From: Mobula hypostoma
Taxonomy: Eukaryota
NCBI RefSeq assembly: GCF_963921235.1
Contig: NC_086097.1
Span: 74,154,001 to 74,218,000 of the forward strand
Reading direction: 5' to 3'
DNA length: 64,000 nt
The notes under the pieces are model-generated. The model had not been told where the DNA came from. It did not search any database and saw only the letters and a list, made by a program, of their open reading frames with translations. The position numbers were made by a program, and so were the translations under genes. Numbering within the stretch: position 1 is the first letter of the stretch; every line of letters starts with the position of its first letter. Below, piece by piece: positions 26,001 to 39,110 of this stretch.

Positions 26001-26689
26001 GGGCCAAAACATAACAAAGAGTGGGAGCAGATCCATCTTGTTCCAAGCAGCAGGCAGTTCTGAGTGCAGTTGGGCTTTAGTCAGTACCAGGAAGTAATCA
26101 ATTCACAAGGCATACAGTATCAATAATTTAGATGAGGGAATTATATGTAATATATCCATGTTTGTGGACAAATCTGCATGGTAGACTTGTCCACAGACTG
26201 GATCTATTACATCTATCTAGCTTGTTCAGGTTGTTTTTGTACAGGGGAAGTCAGGAACACAGTGCAGATCAAATGCCAGCATATATTACCCACTGTTTTG
26301 TTGTTGGACTCAGCACTATGAATTGTGCTGAGCTGAAAGGCTGGGTAACCTTCACATTTTGCCCCTCAGCCACCTGCCAGATGTGACTGTGTTAAGAAGC
26401 ATTGCTCCATTTATTCGGACTGAAAAGTTAAGTGCAGATAATTGGCTTGATTTTTTTTTACAACTGAATGCTAATAGAAACAGTTTCCACCCTTTATCTC
26501 TTGAAGTATCTACCCAGAAGAACATTATTCATCTTCTTGGATATATCCTATGATTGAACGAGAGCTGCTCTCTTTGGTTGAGAATTCCACAATTATACCG
26601 CTCAGGATGAAGGCATTTCTCCTTATGCCCCCTCTGCATGCTTTACCCACTTATCCCAGCACTCTGAGTCCCTTGCCAGGTCTTCCCCT

Positions 26690-27650
26690 ATCACTGGGAA
26701 AATTCTTTTTCCATCTAGTCTGTCCAGTCTTCCAAGAATTTTGCAGGTTTCTTTGAGATCACCTCTCATTCTTCTATTGCCTACCTCATTGACCCCATTC
26801 CTCTATATATGTCAGTTCTGCCTTCCCGGTAATTACTCTGTTGTAAGAACATTCTTCCTCCGAGAAGGAGATCAAATCTGCACCAAATACTTCAGAGACT
26901 GTCTTACCAAGGCCCTGTACAAATGCAGTTAGTTATTCCTGCTCCTGTACTCAAACCCTCTCACCATGAGTGGGTAACATGCTGTTTGCCTTTTTAACAA
27001 CCTGCTCCAGCTGCATGATTTCTTTCAGCGTTCAGTGCAGTAGACCACACGTAGCATCACTCCCTTCCTAACCTATTGCTATTTGGAGAAAAATCATCCC
27101 TCCTGCTTTTGCCACCAAAGTGAATAATCTCCCATGTAAGACGAACATGAGAAAATGCAGATGCTGGTCATCCAAAGCAACACACCAAAATGCTGGTGGA
27201 ACTCGGCAGACCAGACAGCATCTACGGGAATGTAAAAGCAGATGACATTTTGGGCTGAGACACTTCATCAGGTTTATCTCACATGTATCCACTTTATACT
27301 GCATCTGTAATGCATCTATCCACTTCCTTAACCTGTCAAAATATACTGGGAGTATCGCTGTATCTCATCACAGCTCACACAGTTTGCACTGCCAGCAGAC
27401 TTTGTGTCATGTGCAAACTTAGATGTATTACATTTGATTCCGTCGTCTAATTAATTGATTTTATATTATGAACTGATGACTTCTTGGCACTGACCAGAGT
27501 AGTACTCAGCTTGACACTGCTCAGAAAAAAAGACTGATTTACTGCTGCTCTTTGTTTTCTATATGCTCATTCATGTCCATGTCCATCTCTCTTCTGGAGG
27601 ACCTTATAAAAACCCTTCTCAAAGTCCAAATATACCATGCTCACCCATTC
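26690..27650 (-). mobile_element. Decayed CR1 LINE fragment interrupted by a Penelope-derived repeat
   Basis: CR1 ORF2-like motifs (YRALVR, FAHDTK, LDFEK.F-like) on the minus strand. Confidence 0.6.
27145..27272 (-). mobile_element. Penelope-derived repeat with hammerhead remnant
   Basis: Minus strand reads CTGATGA-AGTGTCTCAGCCC-AAAAT-GTC, followed by the family body GATGCTGTCTGGTCTGCCGAGTTCCACCAGCATTTTG. Confidence 0.7.
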
Positions 27651-28379
27651 TGTGTGTTATATCCCAAAATAAGTCCACTAGTATAACTTCTCTATGATTC
27701 TTGTTTTCTTACTCCATTTTTTTTAAATAGTGGAGTTACAGTGACTACTCTCTGATCCATTGCAGACTACATGAAAATAAATTCACCAGCTCCTGAAATG
27801 AAGCAGTGATAGAAATTCACCATGCCTAAAATCTCCTGTAGTTTTTTAGTAATGAAGGGCAATAGGAAATCTATAATAGCCTCTACTTTTCACGGGAGGT
27901 GTTTTGCACTTCCTGCGGAGATGCAATGGCCGAGAAAGTCAATGGTTGACAACCCAAACTGGCATTTAGCTGGGTTAATAATACTGTTGTTGCGTCTTTA
28001 TATTTGAAAATCAATAAAAAGATTATAAAAGAAAGAAAAAGGGTTAATAATCAACCAATGTTGGCTTAAGCTCTCTAAAAGTGTGCAGAGATGAGATATG
28101 TGTTCGGATTTGGATGCACTGGTGACAAGTGTCTCATCAGGCCAAACAAAAAGAAAATCTAAGTCTTTAATACAGAGTTCATCAGCCTTTAGAAAGTCTG
28201 TGCTACATTTTTCAGCCCAAATGGCAAGCACAGAAACTCAGAAGACAAACGGGATTATCACTGCTCTTTTGGGAATGTCCTCTGAGCACACAGGTGCCTG
28301 ATAGTAGCCCCTAATTAGATTGACTTTGGGAAAAATTAACTTTCCAGTTAAATATGCCGATAAGTCTTGAATGTGAAGG

Positions 28380-30230
28380 ATTAGGTAACGATCGGGGTGT
28401 TGGCCTTGTTAAGGCGTTGGTAATTGCCACATGGGTGGCAACCACCATTCGACTTAGGGACCATATGGAGGGGCGAAACCTACGGGCCATTCAACTGGCA
28501 TACAATGCCAAGTTTTTCCATGTTGGCAAACTCAACCTTCACAGTTGCCAGCTTTTCTGGGTCCACGCAAGCAGGCATGGACTGGCGGGACAGTTGTGGG
28601 AATGTGGTGCTCAATCCCATATTTTGTGACTGTAGTGGAGAATGTGGGCTTGGTGAGGCCTGGGAATTCGCCCAGCAGTCATTCAAACTTACATGCAGTG
28701 GTACATGTGCTTGACAGAGTTGTTGTGGGGAACTTACTGGGAGCAGGGTAATGACCCAAAGTCCTTGACATCTATAGAGCGGGAGTTCGTAAGTCATCTA
28801 ATAGTCCTTGGGCTCACAGGAAATCTGCATCCAGCAGAGGTCCAGCCACTTTAGCCAGGACGAAGTCCCATATGTAGTATCGCCCACTGAAGCAAAATGT
28901 CACCCGTTGTAACCCAGAAGTCTAGATCCTGCTGCCTTTGATGGCCGCCAGTGAGGTTTTGTTGGTCTTTGCCTTCTCATCAATAGGTGATGCTGGCAGC
29001 ACAGTCACTTGAGCACCCATTTCACATAGGAAGCACCGCCCTGAAAGGGTGTCGGTAATGAACGGTAGATGACCCTGGCAGCTGGACCCATGGTGTTCAC
29101 AGACCTTTGATGTCTTGATGCGCTGACACTGTCGAATCTGCAAGGCGGTTGGCACTTCCTAGCATTCCTACCAAAACGGAGGAAGGGAGGGGAATGTTGA
29201 CTCAGACCAGGAGAGGCCTGCGTCGGGCATTTTTATGCCTTACAAGGCGTAGATTGGAAGTCTGTGTGGGGCGCCACTCCTCGCACAGACACTAGAGCAA
29301 TGTGTGGTTAAGTGCCTTGCTTAAGGACACGCTACCACAGCTGAGGCTCGAACTAGCAACCTTCAGATCACTAGACGAACACCTTAACCACTTGGCCACG
29401 TGCCCAACACTACCAAAATGAGCGTAGTAAAAACACAGGCCCGAAGTCATCTGTTTCACAGCACAGCTGTCCTTATGTTGGGGGCTTTGCTGACCGGGCC
29501 TATAGAGGCAGTGAAAGGACTGTAGCCTATTAGCCATTTTATCAAGCTCCCTATAGTCCTTCATGTATGCATTAGTGAGGGCTATGCAAACTTGATCAGG
29601 CATTTGCTGCTTGAAGAGATCTCTAAAAATGAAATAAGGAGAAATAGCATGTGGTCCTTTAGCTCCGAAGGCCTGGCATCACCGAGGTCAGGCAAGGAGA
29701 GCAACTGTTTGGTGTGCTCAGACTCTGATAATCCAAAAGTCTGTTGAAGGTGAGTTTTTAGTGATCAGTATTTATCATGTTCAGACGGGTGTTCTAGTAC
29801 ATTCACCACACTGGCAGCCGTGGTGTTGGTTGCGATGCTTCCACATAGAAATATTTGGTGTTGTCAGCAGAGATTTCTCGCAGCACAAATTGGGCCTTGG
29901 CTTGTACAAATTAAGCGACAGCATTTTGCTCCCAAACCTCCAGCAGTTTCAAAGCAACTGTGTTGGCCGCGATGTTCAGTAACTCTGGAATCATCCCAGA
30001 TGTTGAGATCACCAATATAGGTTTTCGCAAATAAAAATAGCAGAGGGATTTTATGCTTAAGAAAAACCATAATTACTCATTTATTGTACTCCAAACACTG
30101 AATACAAAGCATGATTAAAGTACTTTACATAATCACATAATTATGGTCAGACCAGCCTTTTAAAATGAACCCCAACTCAATGTCAGTGGTTGTGAATAAC
30201 GTACATTTCCACCAATTATGTTACCCTACA
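28380..30230 (-). mobile_element. Gypsy LTR retrotransposon remnant (5' LTR, gag, protease, RT start)
   Basis: LTR about 30016-30230 (TGTAGG...) followed by PBS-like TTGGTGATC. Protease-like ITDTLSGRCFLCEMGAQVTVLPAS and RT-like DPEKLATVKVEFANMEKLGIV. Confidence 0.8.
29177..29409 (-). mobile_element. tRNA-derived SINE inserted in the Gypsy gag
   Basis: A box TGGCCAAGTGG and B box GTTCGAGCC on the minus strand. TSD CTACCAAAA at 29168-29176 and 29410-29418. Confidence 0.85.
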
Positions 30231-31004
30231 ATAGTAGGCCCACAGTGCTCAGCAGAACAACACAAAATACAATAGGCAGCAAAACAAACTCCATTCCACT
30301 CTCCCACACACATAAACAGCCCTCTAACCCCAAGATAGGCAATCTTTTTCAGCCAGCAGTCTCTAATGGCTTCAGATTTGGACTCGGACATGCAGTCATT
30401 GGGCTTTTGATGACTCCAGAGGTTTGCTAGCCTGGAGGCTCTGGAGAATGGACCTTTACTTCCAGACTTACAATTCAAACTCCAGCTCTCGATGCCTCGA
30501 CTCCAGGAACACCAGGCCTCAAATACTAGACTCACCAATGACAGGACCCCACACACTAGGCCTCGAACTCCAGTCTCACCAATTTGCAAACTCATTTTCT
30601 CTTGGAGAGAAAGGAAAGCACTGTTACTTTCAAATTTTACCAGAATTTGTTAATTTATGCTTTGGCCTCCAATCTAAATACATTGCTAAATATTTGCTTT
30701 TCCATTTTTTCACCATTTAAAAGAATATCTGGGTAGGTTTCACTTCAAGTATTTATTCTTCTAAAAAAAATTTAACTTCGTTGAGTTTCTTACAGCTTTC
30801 GTCAAGGCTTGGGATCTTTATTGCCTTTCACCAAATCTTCAGTATTTCTTGGAATCAAGGTGCTAAGATCTGCATCAGATGTTCTAGTGACCCTAAACCA
30901 ATCATCTGCTTGAAAGCAGGATATTTATCAGTTCATCATTGTCCCATGTCTTTAACAAAGTTATTTTTTTCCTTCGGCAATTGATAAACTTGTTAAAATT
31001 TGAT

Positions 31005-31785
31005 TACAAATATGGTGGATACTGGTTAATTGGGTCATTGGTTAATCAGGGAAACTTATTTGGGACATCCCTTAAAGAACAAAAAGTAATTGAGAAACTT
31101 GCTGGGAATCCCTTCAGTTATTTGGGACACTATGTCGCTTAATTGGGGCAGGAGACTGTTTCTGAACAAGTTCTAACTAATATTAGTCATGGGCACTTGT
31201 GTGGCCGTTAGGTACTACACTGTGCTTGGAGTGAACAGTTTTTAAATAATATCAGTTGCATGTGTTTGTGTTCAAAGGATTGATTATTGTCACTGATAAT
31301 TGGTGAGAAATAAGCAGTAAGACAAATTAGAACTTTTTTGCTCACCGCAGTTACAAGCATTTAGACTTGGAGATACCAGAAACGGCCGGGAGTGAAAGTG
31401 AAAAGATTTCACTACCTCAACAAGTTAGGATGGTATCAACAATCATCTTGAATGTTACAATGAAAATGAATATTTGGAGGATGTAGTTGTCAATAGCATT
31501 ATGTGAAAGCAACCCATTATCTGCACTAGGTGTCTGCGCTTATTTTGTTCATTGCATACACTGGATAAATTCCTCCATCAAAATTATTGGGAACAAATAC
31601 ACTGTAGTACTATTGGTTGTGTTCTGATTTGTTCAGTATTTCATTTAAATACATAATTTGTTACAGTTTGTCTTTTTTTCTATTTTTTAACCATTTCCAT
31701 GAAACTTTGGCTAATTGGAGCCACCGCTTAATTAGGCCAAAAATGTACTGGCCCTGACATGTCCTAATTAACCAGAATTTTTGTA
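31005..31785. mobile_element. Tigger-like non-autonomous DNA transposon (old)
   Basis: Imperfect terminal inverted repeats ctggttaattggg / cctaattaaccag with subterminal repeats and TA-bounded ends. Confidence 0.6.
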
Positions 31786-31909
31786 CTAATATAGTTAAGA
31801 CCTTTCTCATTTATGAAAGTAACTCAGCATCTACTAACACAGAAATATATGCCAATAGGAAAAATAATCTTGTGCTTCTACCTGTTCATTTATGTTGATA
31901 TCAAACAAA

Positions 31910-32538
31910 TTAGATTAGATTGGATTAGATTATGAGGACACGCAGTCCTCTTTTATTGTCATTTAGTAATGCATGCATTAAGAAATGATACAATATTCCT
32001 CCGGTGTGATATCACAGAAACACAGGACAGACCAAGACTGAAAAACTAACAAAAACCACATAATTATAACATATAGTTACAACAGTGCAACAATACCATA
32101 ACTTGATGAAGAACAGGCCATGGCACAGTAAAAAAAGTTCAAAGTCTCTTGAAAGTCCCGCATCTCACGCACACAGGAGAAGGAAGAAAACTCTCCCTGC
32201 CGTGTCCAACCACAGTCCGACTTTGAGTTGTCCGAAAATTTCTAGCTCTGATCAGCCCTCCGACACCGAGTACTGAGCACCATCTCTATTTGAACGCTTC
32301 GACCTCAGCCACAGTCGCCAGCAGCAGGCAAAGCCGGGGATTTTGGGGCCTTCCCTCTGGAGATTCTCAGTCGCACAGTAGCAGTGGCAGCGAATCATAC
32401 ATTTCAGAAATTTCTCCAAATGTTCCTCTGCTTTTCACGTTTGTCTTCATCAAATCAGAATTGTGCATGGCGTCCTACTTACAGATACGATAACTTTTCA
32501 TTGGAGAGCTGCACGTGCTGCCATCTTCTCCTCCCGCC
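31910..32538 (-). mobile_element. Non-autonomous retroelement, copy 1, with (TCTAA)n tail
   Basis: Full-length inverse homolog of 62800-63487. 5' end GGAGGAGAAGATGGC; 3' end GACAATAAAAGAGGACTG...ATCTAATC. Confidence 0.8.
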
Positions 32539-33189
32539 TCAAGTAAGTTATGCTTCAAGTAAAGCAGGCATTCACATCCAGGAAGTCTATGTGGATTTTA
32601 GTGAGACACGGGAGTTAAATTTTGGAGTGGAGCCAATTTCTCCATAGCCTGAATTGACTTACATTTTCAGTCCAGATAGTATGGCAGTTTCTGATGCTCA
32701 ACACCACTGCCATATTTACTTTACAACTATTAAAAGAGCCTTTGAAAGGCAGAGAAACCTGAATATTTTTTATCCAGACATCAGTTTTCCTTGTATTTCA
32801 AAATTTTCATATTTAATTTGAGAAGTTACTGTGGTATACTTAAATTGTCAGAGGATGAAACATTCTGGTCTCGCATTTGTCCTTGGTTCCCAATTTAGTA
32901 TGCAAAGTTATAGAGAAGTAAGGGTTTATTAAGGGAATGTCCTTGCTTCTATTCCTGAAGGATGAAGGAAAATAAGGTGTCGAAATCATTGCCTTCCTAT
33001 AATACAACTGCAGGATTTACCTTGCACTGCTATTTACCTTGCACTAGCAAAACTTCAGTTAATCCCAAAATACTTTGGAGCCAATTGTCTTTTATAAAAT
33101 ATCACTATATTGTATATGTTGGAAAATTCAAGGCATTTAATCAATTTAATGAATAATATTGAGTCCTTTCATGATATTGGATGTTTTAG

Positions 33190-33333
33190 TGGAAAAACTT
33201 GCAGCACGGGCAACTGCTGGTCTTCCATACAACCTTGCCCAGGCCTGCGCCCTGGAGAATGAAGACTTTCCAGGTGCAGATCCATGGTCTTGCAAGACTA
33301 ACAGATGCTTTTACTGTATTATTATTATTATTA
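33190..33333 (+). mobile_element. SINE/LINE 3' end with (ATT)n tail
   Basis: GC-richer island ending in gatgcttttactgtattattattattatta. Confidence 0.45.
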
Positions 33334-35127
33334 TAGTGGAAAAAAATATCCAGTGCTTAGCAAAAATAAATAAGCAATAAGCCTGATGCTTAAACTCTGA
33401 TCCAGATGAGATTTAAGAAAAAGATCAGAGTATATTGCGGTAGAGTTAATACCTGTTATTGAATTCTTTGCAAGGAAAGACAGATTGGAAAGAATTATGG
33501 TTGTCATCAGTGAAAATTGATGGAAAGTATGTATGTCTAGGATAATGGGTGAAAGCAGAACTCACTGTGTTTAAAAGTCTTGACCAGCACTGTCTACCAA
33601 GATTTAGGCCTAATTTTGCTCTAATATTTTATGGTCTTAATTACAAATGAACAGGAAACAATTAATGAAATATTGAAAGACCCTGGTTTTGTATTCCATT
33701 AATGGCATCATCACTGAGAGAAATGAAATGGTTGTAAAATTCTTACGAATTGTTGAAATGAAATTTGCTGATTGTCCATAAGTTGCACTAGAATATTCCT
33801 GTTATACATCATAATGATGATTTTGTTTTGTTTATGCTAGCCTTTTAGATGAAGTGCAGCTATGACTGGCTTGTATGGGCAATAAAAATGTGTCCCTCCA
33901 AAATTTCTCTCTGTGCTCGTCTACAGCAGAAAAAAGCGCAGTGCTGAAAGGCAGTGGAACTGAGGCAATGAATCAAGAATGGGAGACATAAACAGCTGAA
34001 CATATCTCTGTGTAACCTTGGCCTCCCTAAAAGGAGCCTGAAAATAAGAAGGCCAACTTCCACAGTTGCATAAACAATTCTTCTGGTGTAGAAACAGCAA
34101 ACTTTGAGCTGTTTAATAGATGACAGGTATTAACATTTCAACAGTGGTGGCATGCATGAATGAAATGAAAAGACAGAAAGGCATCTAATATTCCCATTCC
34201 CTAAAATGTTGTAAATAGTTTGTTTGTTTATATGTTTGGGAAATGTGGGAAGATCTCAATCACTGTTATAATTCTCCTCAATCCCTATTGGATTTGATTT
34301 CGCTTGTGGAATGATGCAAGGCTACATGCATTTGATTTTCTTTTAACAGATCTATTTAAAACTGTAATCATTGAGGCATATCTTACAGTATTTGGAAGCA
34401 CTTGTATTCTGGTTTCTGAGACATGGGAAGTGACTTGTATTTCAATTTCAACTTCTTGCTGGCTGAAATTCACTCCCTTCCCTGTACGTGAACTTGAACT
34501 TTTCCTGTCAGTTCTCCTGTGGGTCTGAAATGTGTTTCTCTTCCATTAATATACCATAGTGACTTGCAGCATTGAGTCCATCGTCCTGCTTATTCTGTTA
34601 AATGATGAAGAAAGTGATTGTCTCTCCAAATAAATGGATGCAGCAATTATTGCCTCAGTGGAGAGAGCGATACCATGCTGAATATGTACACTTCTGTAAG
34701 TGTTCACACCAGTGCTAAATTTGTCAGGCATATTGTTCAGGAATTAGACTAAAGGGGACATTAGTATTCAAACATATGTACATGAGGGGCCTGTTTGAAA
34801 CACCTTAATAAAACTGGATGGTGATGAATTTCTGCAGGGTTTTCTTCAGTGGATCTTCCAGCCCTCAACAAAATGTGAGCTAGATTTCAATGCAAAGCCT
34901 GGGCTTCAATATTCTGCCATTAGACTTTGTCCTGTCAAGGCCATGTGGTTGCTGATTTGTCATGGCCACTCCAAATTAACAGAAATGTTCTGAAGCATCA
35001 TTCCTCAAAACTCCATCTCATAGTGTTATATTTTGCAACTTCTAAACATTTTACTAATTCAAAGGAAGATGTGGGGAGTCAAAATGTGGGTGTAATTTTG
35101 TCTTTACTTTAAGCAAGGCATCCACAT

Positions 35128-35270
35128 ATCATGTGGTAGCAATATGACACATGTAATTAATATATTCTCACATATAACCCACAATGAATTCTTTAAATGA
35201 ACAAGAACACGTAATCAAACAATATATACACAAGATTACTCAGATATTATTGAAATATTAAATACACAAC
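35128..35270 (-). repeat. Putative solo LTR (copy 2)
   Basis: Shares tataaccca.aatgaatt and gaaatattaaatacacaaca with 25852-26000. Confidence 0.55.
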
Positions 35271-36484
35271 ACATGGGGCTGACTAAGGAGGGAAATTTGA
35301 CTTTTAATATGAAAATCAAACATTATTTTGCGGAGGAAAACTGCAGGAGTGCACCCCTGACTTCACAGTCCACATAATCGGTTGTTGCTGCCGCTCTAAG
35401 ACTATTCAGGCAGCAGGGTACTCACCTCAGATGAAACCAGTCTTCAGCCTGTCATTTTGGTGATATGGTGTCAACAGTTGTTTATTGTTGAGCCAAAATC
35501 AGGTTGCAATTAAATGTCCATGCCTACAAAGTCAAAGTTGAGTTTATTGTCATATGCACATGTACAATGTATGCGCAGGTACAATGAAAAAAAGAATTTA
35601 AGCAGCATCGCAAACGTACAGCATCATATAAGCAGCATTCACAAAATAAGTCATAAATCAAGCATAAATTATACACAATTCTTACAATAAAATGCTATTA
35701 GAACAAAGAATATGAGTTCCATTTGTCACGTCCTCTGTTTTATTCCACATATTATGATCATTCTCAGTGATATTGGTAATGAAAGGTTAGTACATTCATA
35801 CAAAGTTATACAGGGCTAGAAAGTAGACACAAATCAATCTACCTCATTCGCCTGCGTTATCTTGCCATGACCAATGCCGGGTATTTCCAGTGTCTAGTGG
35901 CCTGTTGTACCGTTCAGGACTCAACAGAGCATAGAAGCTAAAACACAAAGTTTAGCTAAAACACAGACTAAGATTCCATTAAATAAGTTCTTACCTTTTA
36001 TCTTTCACCCTACCCACAGTAAATTTTTGCCATTTACTGTTTATTCTTTATGAGGAGCCTGCTTACTGTTTCACTCGACAGTAAATCAACTCCCTTAGCT
36101 TTCTGCACCAATCCACAGGTCTATCCTCTACCTCCAAATAACCCAACCCCAAATCCTGTCCAACCCACACACATACTTATTTTCCCCTTGGGTCTCTACA
36201 TGGGCCAGCCCCTTGCTCTAACTATCCCTCCCCCTCCTTTCCAAATTCTTCACTGGATCCAGTATCTCCTGAGAATCCTAAATGATGTTCCAATCCCCAC
36301 TCATTGAAACCAGGATGCAGTCTAAACCACAGGCCCAATGATGTTATCCCTCTGTTCCCACTCACTGCTTAAATCCAGTCATGTTCCTTGAAGGACATCT
36401 TCATCTCCAAAAAGTGCATTGCTCATTCAGTAGCTCACCAGTCAACTGATTGATGGCATGTTGTACCCACCAGGATTTATCGGA

Positions 36485-37205
36485 ACATGGACCATAGAAG
36501 AGCACAGCACAGGAATAGGCCTATCAGCTCATGGTGTCTGTGCTGGTTTAACCTAATTCCTTCTTCCAGCACATGGTCCACATGCCTCCACTCCCTGCCT
36601 GTTCATATGCCTTCCGAAGTGTCTCTATTGTATCTGCTTCCACCACTACCCTGGAAGTGTGTTCCAGTCACCCACCGCTATCCATCTCAAAAAAAAACTT
36701 GCCCATCTCCTATAAATTTTCTGCCCCTCACCTCGAAGTTATGCCCTGGCATTTGATGTTTCCATCCAAGGAAAAAGACTCAATCCACCTATCTATCTAA
36801 GTCTCTCATAACTTGACATGCTTCTATCAGACCATCCTTCAACTTCTGGTGCTTCAGAGAAAACAAACCAAGTTTGTCCGATCTCTTTTTATAGCTAATA
36901 CTCTATAATTCAGGCAACATTGTGGTGAGCCCCTTTTTACATTTTTTCCAAAGGCTCCACATCCTTCCTGCAAAGCAGTGACCAGAGCTGCACACAATAT
37001 TTCAAATATGTCCTAACCAAAGTTTTATGCAGCTGTTACATGGCTTTCTAACTTCATAATCAATGCTCTGACCAGAAGGGACAAGTATGTTATATACCAC
37101 CTTTACTAACCTATTTACTTATGTTGTGAATTTCAGGCAGAAGTGTACTTGACCTCCAAATCCCCCTGCCCATCAATGATCTGAAGGATTTTGCCGTTTA
37201 CTACT
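36485..37205 (-). mobile_element. CR1 LINE 3' fragment
   Basis: Decayed CR1 C-terminal coding sequence (EYCVQLWS-like, GHNFEVRG) and 3' end. Confidence 0.65.
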
Positions 37206-38649
37206 AATCTTCAGGAAATGTTGGATTAGTTTGAGCTAAGGTAAAGAATTTATAGAGGTTAGTTAAAATATGAAAATCCATGATACAAGCAGCTTCTGAA
37301 TCACTGAGTTTTAAATATTTTAAAAAATAAAATCCTAGTTGCTTAACTGTGCTGAAAGAAATGGAAGGTAGCAGGACATTGAGATTAGACAGATGGATTC
37401 ATTTATAAAAGAAAAGAATTGCACCTTTGAAGGACAGAATAATCTGCAATATTCAGTGATTCTTTGACAATTTTAGGGAGATGTGTGTTTATCTGTAAGC
37501 TTACTCTCCGCTCCAGTTGAAGCTGCCTGGGTCCTTCCATAGCTTCTCATTATTTTTACACACTATCAGTACAAGACATTGGAGTTCTGCTAAATGAAAC
37601 ATCCTGCAGATGCTGGATATCTGAAATAAGATGTGGGGATCACTCAGCATGCAACATCTATGGAGAGAGAAACAGTTAATGTCTGAGATCAGAGATCTTT
37701 CACCAGGGTCCTTCAAGATTCTAATTATATAAAAGACGTGATGGGTAGAAGACAATGATCTCCATATACCACAGTAGCTCTCCCTATTACCAGATTTTAC
37801 ATAGTCTTTGCAACCCTGAATTTTCATTTCATACAAGCAAGTTTATGTTTACTATCCTGGTAGAAACTGCATGAAAGTGGACATCAACATGTCATCAAGT
37901 GGCCGTCAACTAAATACATCTAAAGGAAAACAAGCTAAGTACTTGACTGGCAAATGAAATGGTGAGATATTGGTTATAAACACTTGTATACATGATTATT
38001 AGCTGTAAATTGATTTTAGTGTGTTCAATGGCTTCAAAGAGCTATAATGAAACTCTTCGGATTGTTTTCTATCCACATTATCTTTTAGCCTTAACAGCCA
38101 CATACTTACAGATACTGTTTGTTAAGGCCAAAGGATAGTATGGCTAGATCTCATAACCAGTCACAAAGCTTCTGTACTCACTTAGGGTTGATAGCATGAT
38201 AGAAACATGACTTCAGTCTTACAAATTTTATAGTTTTTCATTGGCATGCTTTTGAACTACCACGGAAATCCACTCAATTATTGACTCATCATAAACTATT
38301 AATGGCATTATAACAAGGGAATATTGGTCCCTCAGAAAACAGTGCAAAGCCTTTCTGAGCACTGAGGTCTTCTGAAGGTACTGGCTGCCATCTCAGACAT
38401 ATAATTTGATCAATATAAATAAAGAGAAGACTGAAAAAAATCTAAAATTAAAGCAGAAAGTATGGACGTGTATAAGCCCCTCAGCCTCTGTAAAGAAAGA
38501 GGAAGGTAATACAGTCAAACAAATTCAAACATCACCATTCTCTTTTCTCATCAAAGATTTGCAGCATACTTTCTGTATTTCCCATGCTCATTACACATTT
38601 ACACAGATCATTTTGGTTTCAGTTGACTCCAGTTATGTAAAGATCAAGA

Positions 38650-39110
38650 AAAAGAAGGGTTTGCATTTACAAAGTATCTTTCATGACCACTGCCATCCCA
38701 GGACACTTTATACCCAACATTGTTTTTGAAGAATTGTCATAACAATATAAGAGATAAGGCAGCCAGTTTCTGCACAAGTTCCCACAAGGAACAGTGTGAT
38801 AATGACCAGATATAATATTTTCTTGAGCTATCAATTGTGGGTAAAAATTACCGGAACACTGGAGATAACACCCTGTTTGTCTTTGAAATAGTCTCATGGT
38901 GTGTTTTACATTCATCTAAGAGAGCAAACTGGGCCCTGGTTTAACATCTTATTCTAAAGACAGCACCTCAGATGATGCATCATTTCTTCAGTACTGCACA
39001 GTAATGTCAGCCCAGTGTCTCCAGGCTCCAACAACTATTAGTGGGAAACGAGCCCGGAATCAGAGACACTGTGCCAAGACTGCTGCCACTAAGTCATGAG
39101 CAACACTAAA
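38650..39110 (-). mobile_element. DeuSINE-superfamily SINE (SacSINE1/AmnSINE-like)
   Basis: Deu-domain-like ggtttaacatcttattctaaagacagcacctcagatgatgcatcatttcttcagtactgcac at about 38938-39000; 3' tail atgcaaacccttcttttt. Confidence 0.7.
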
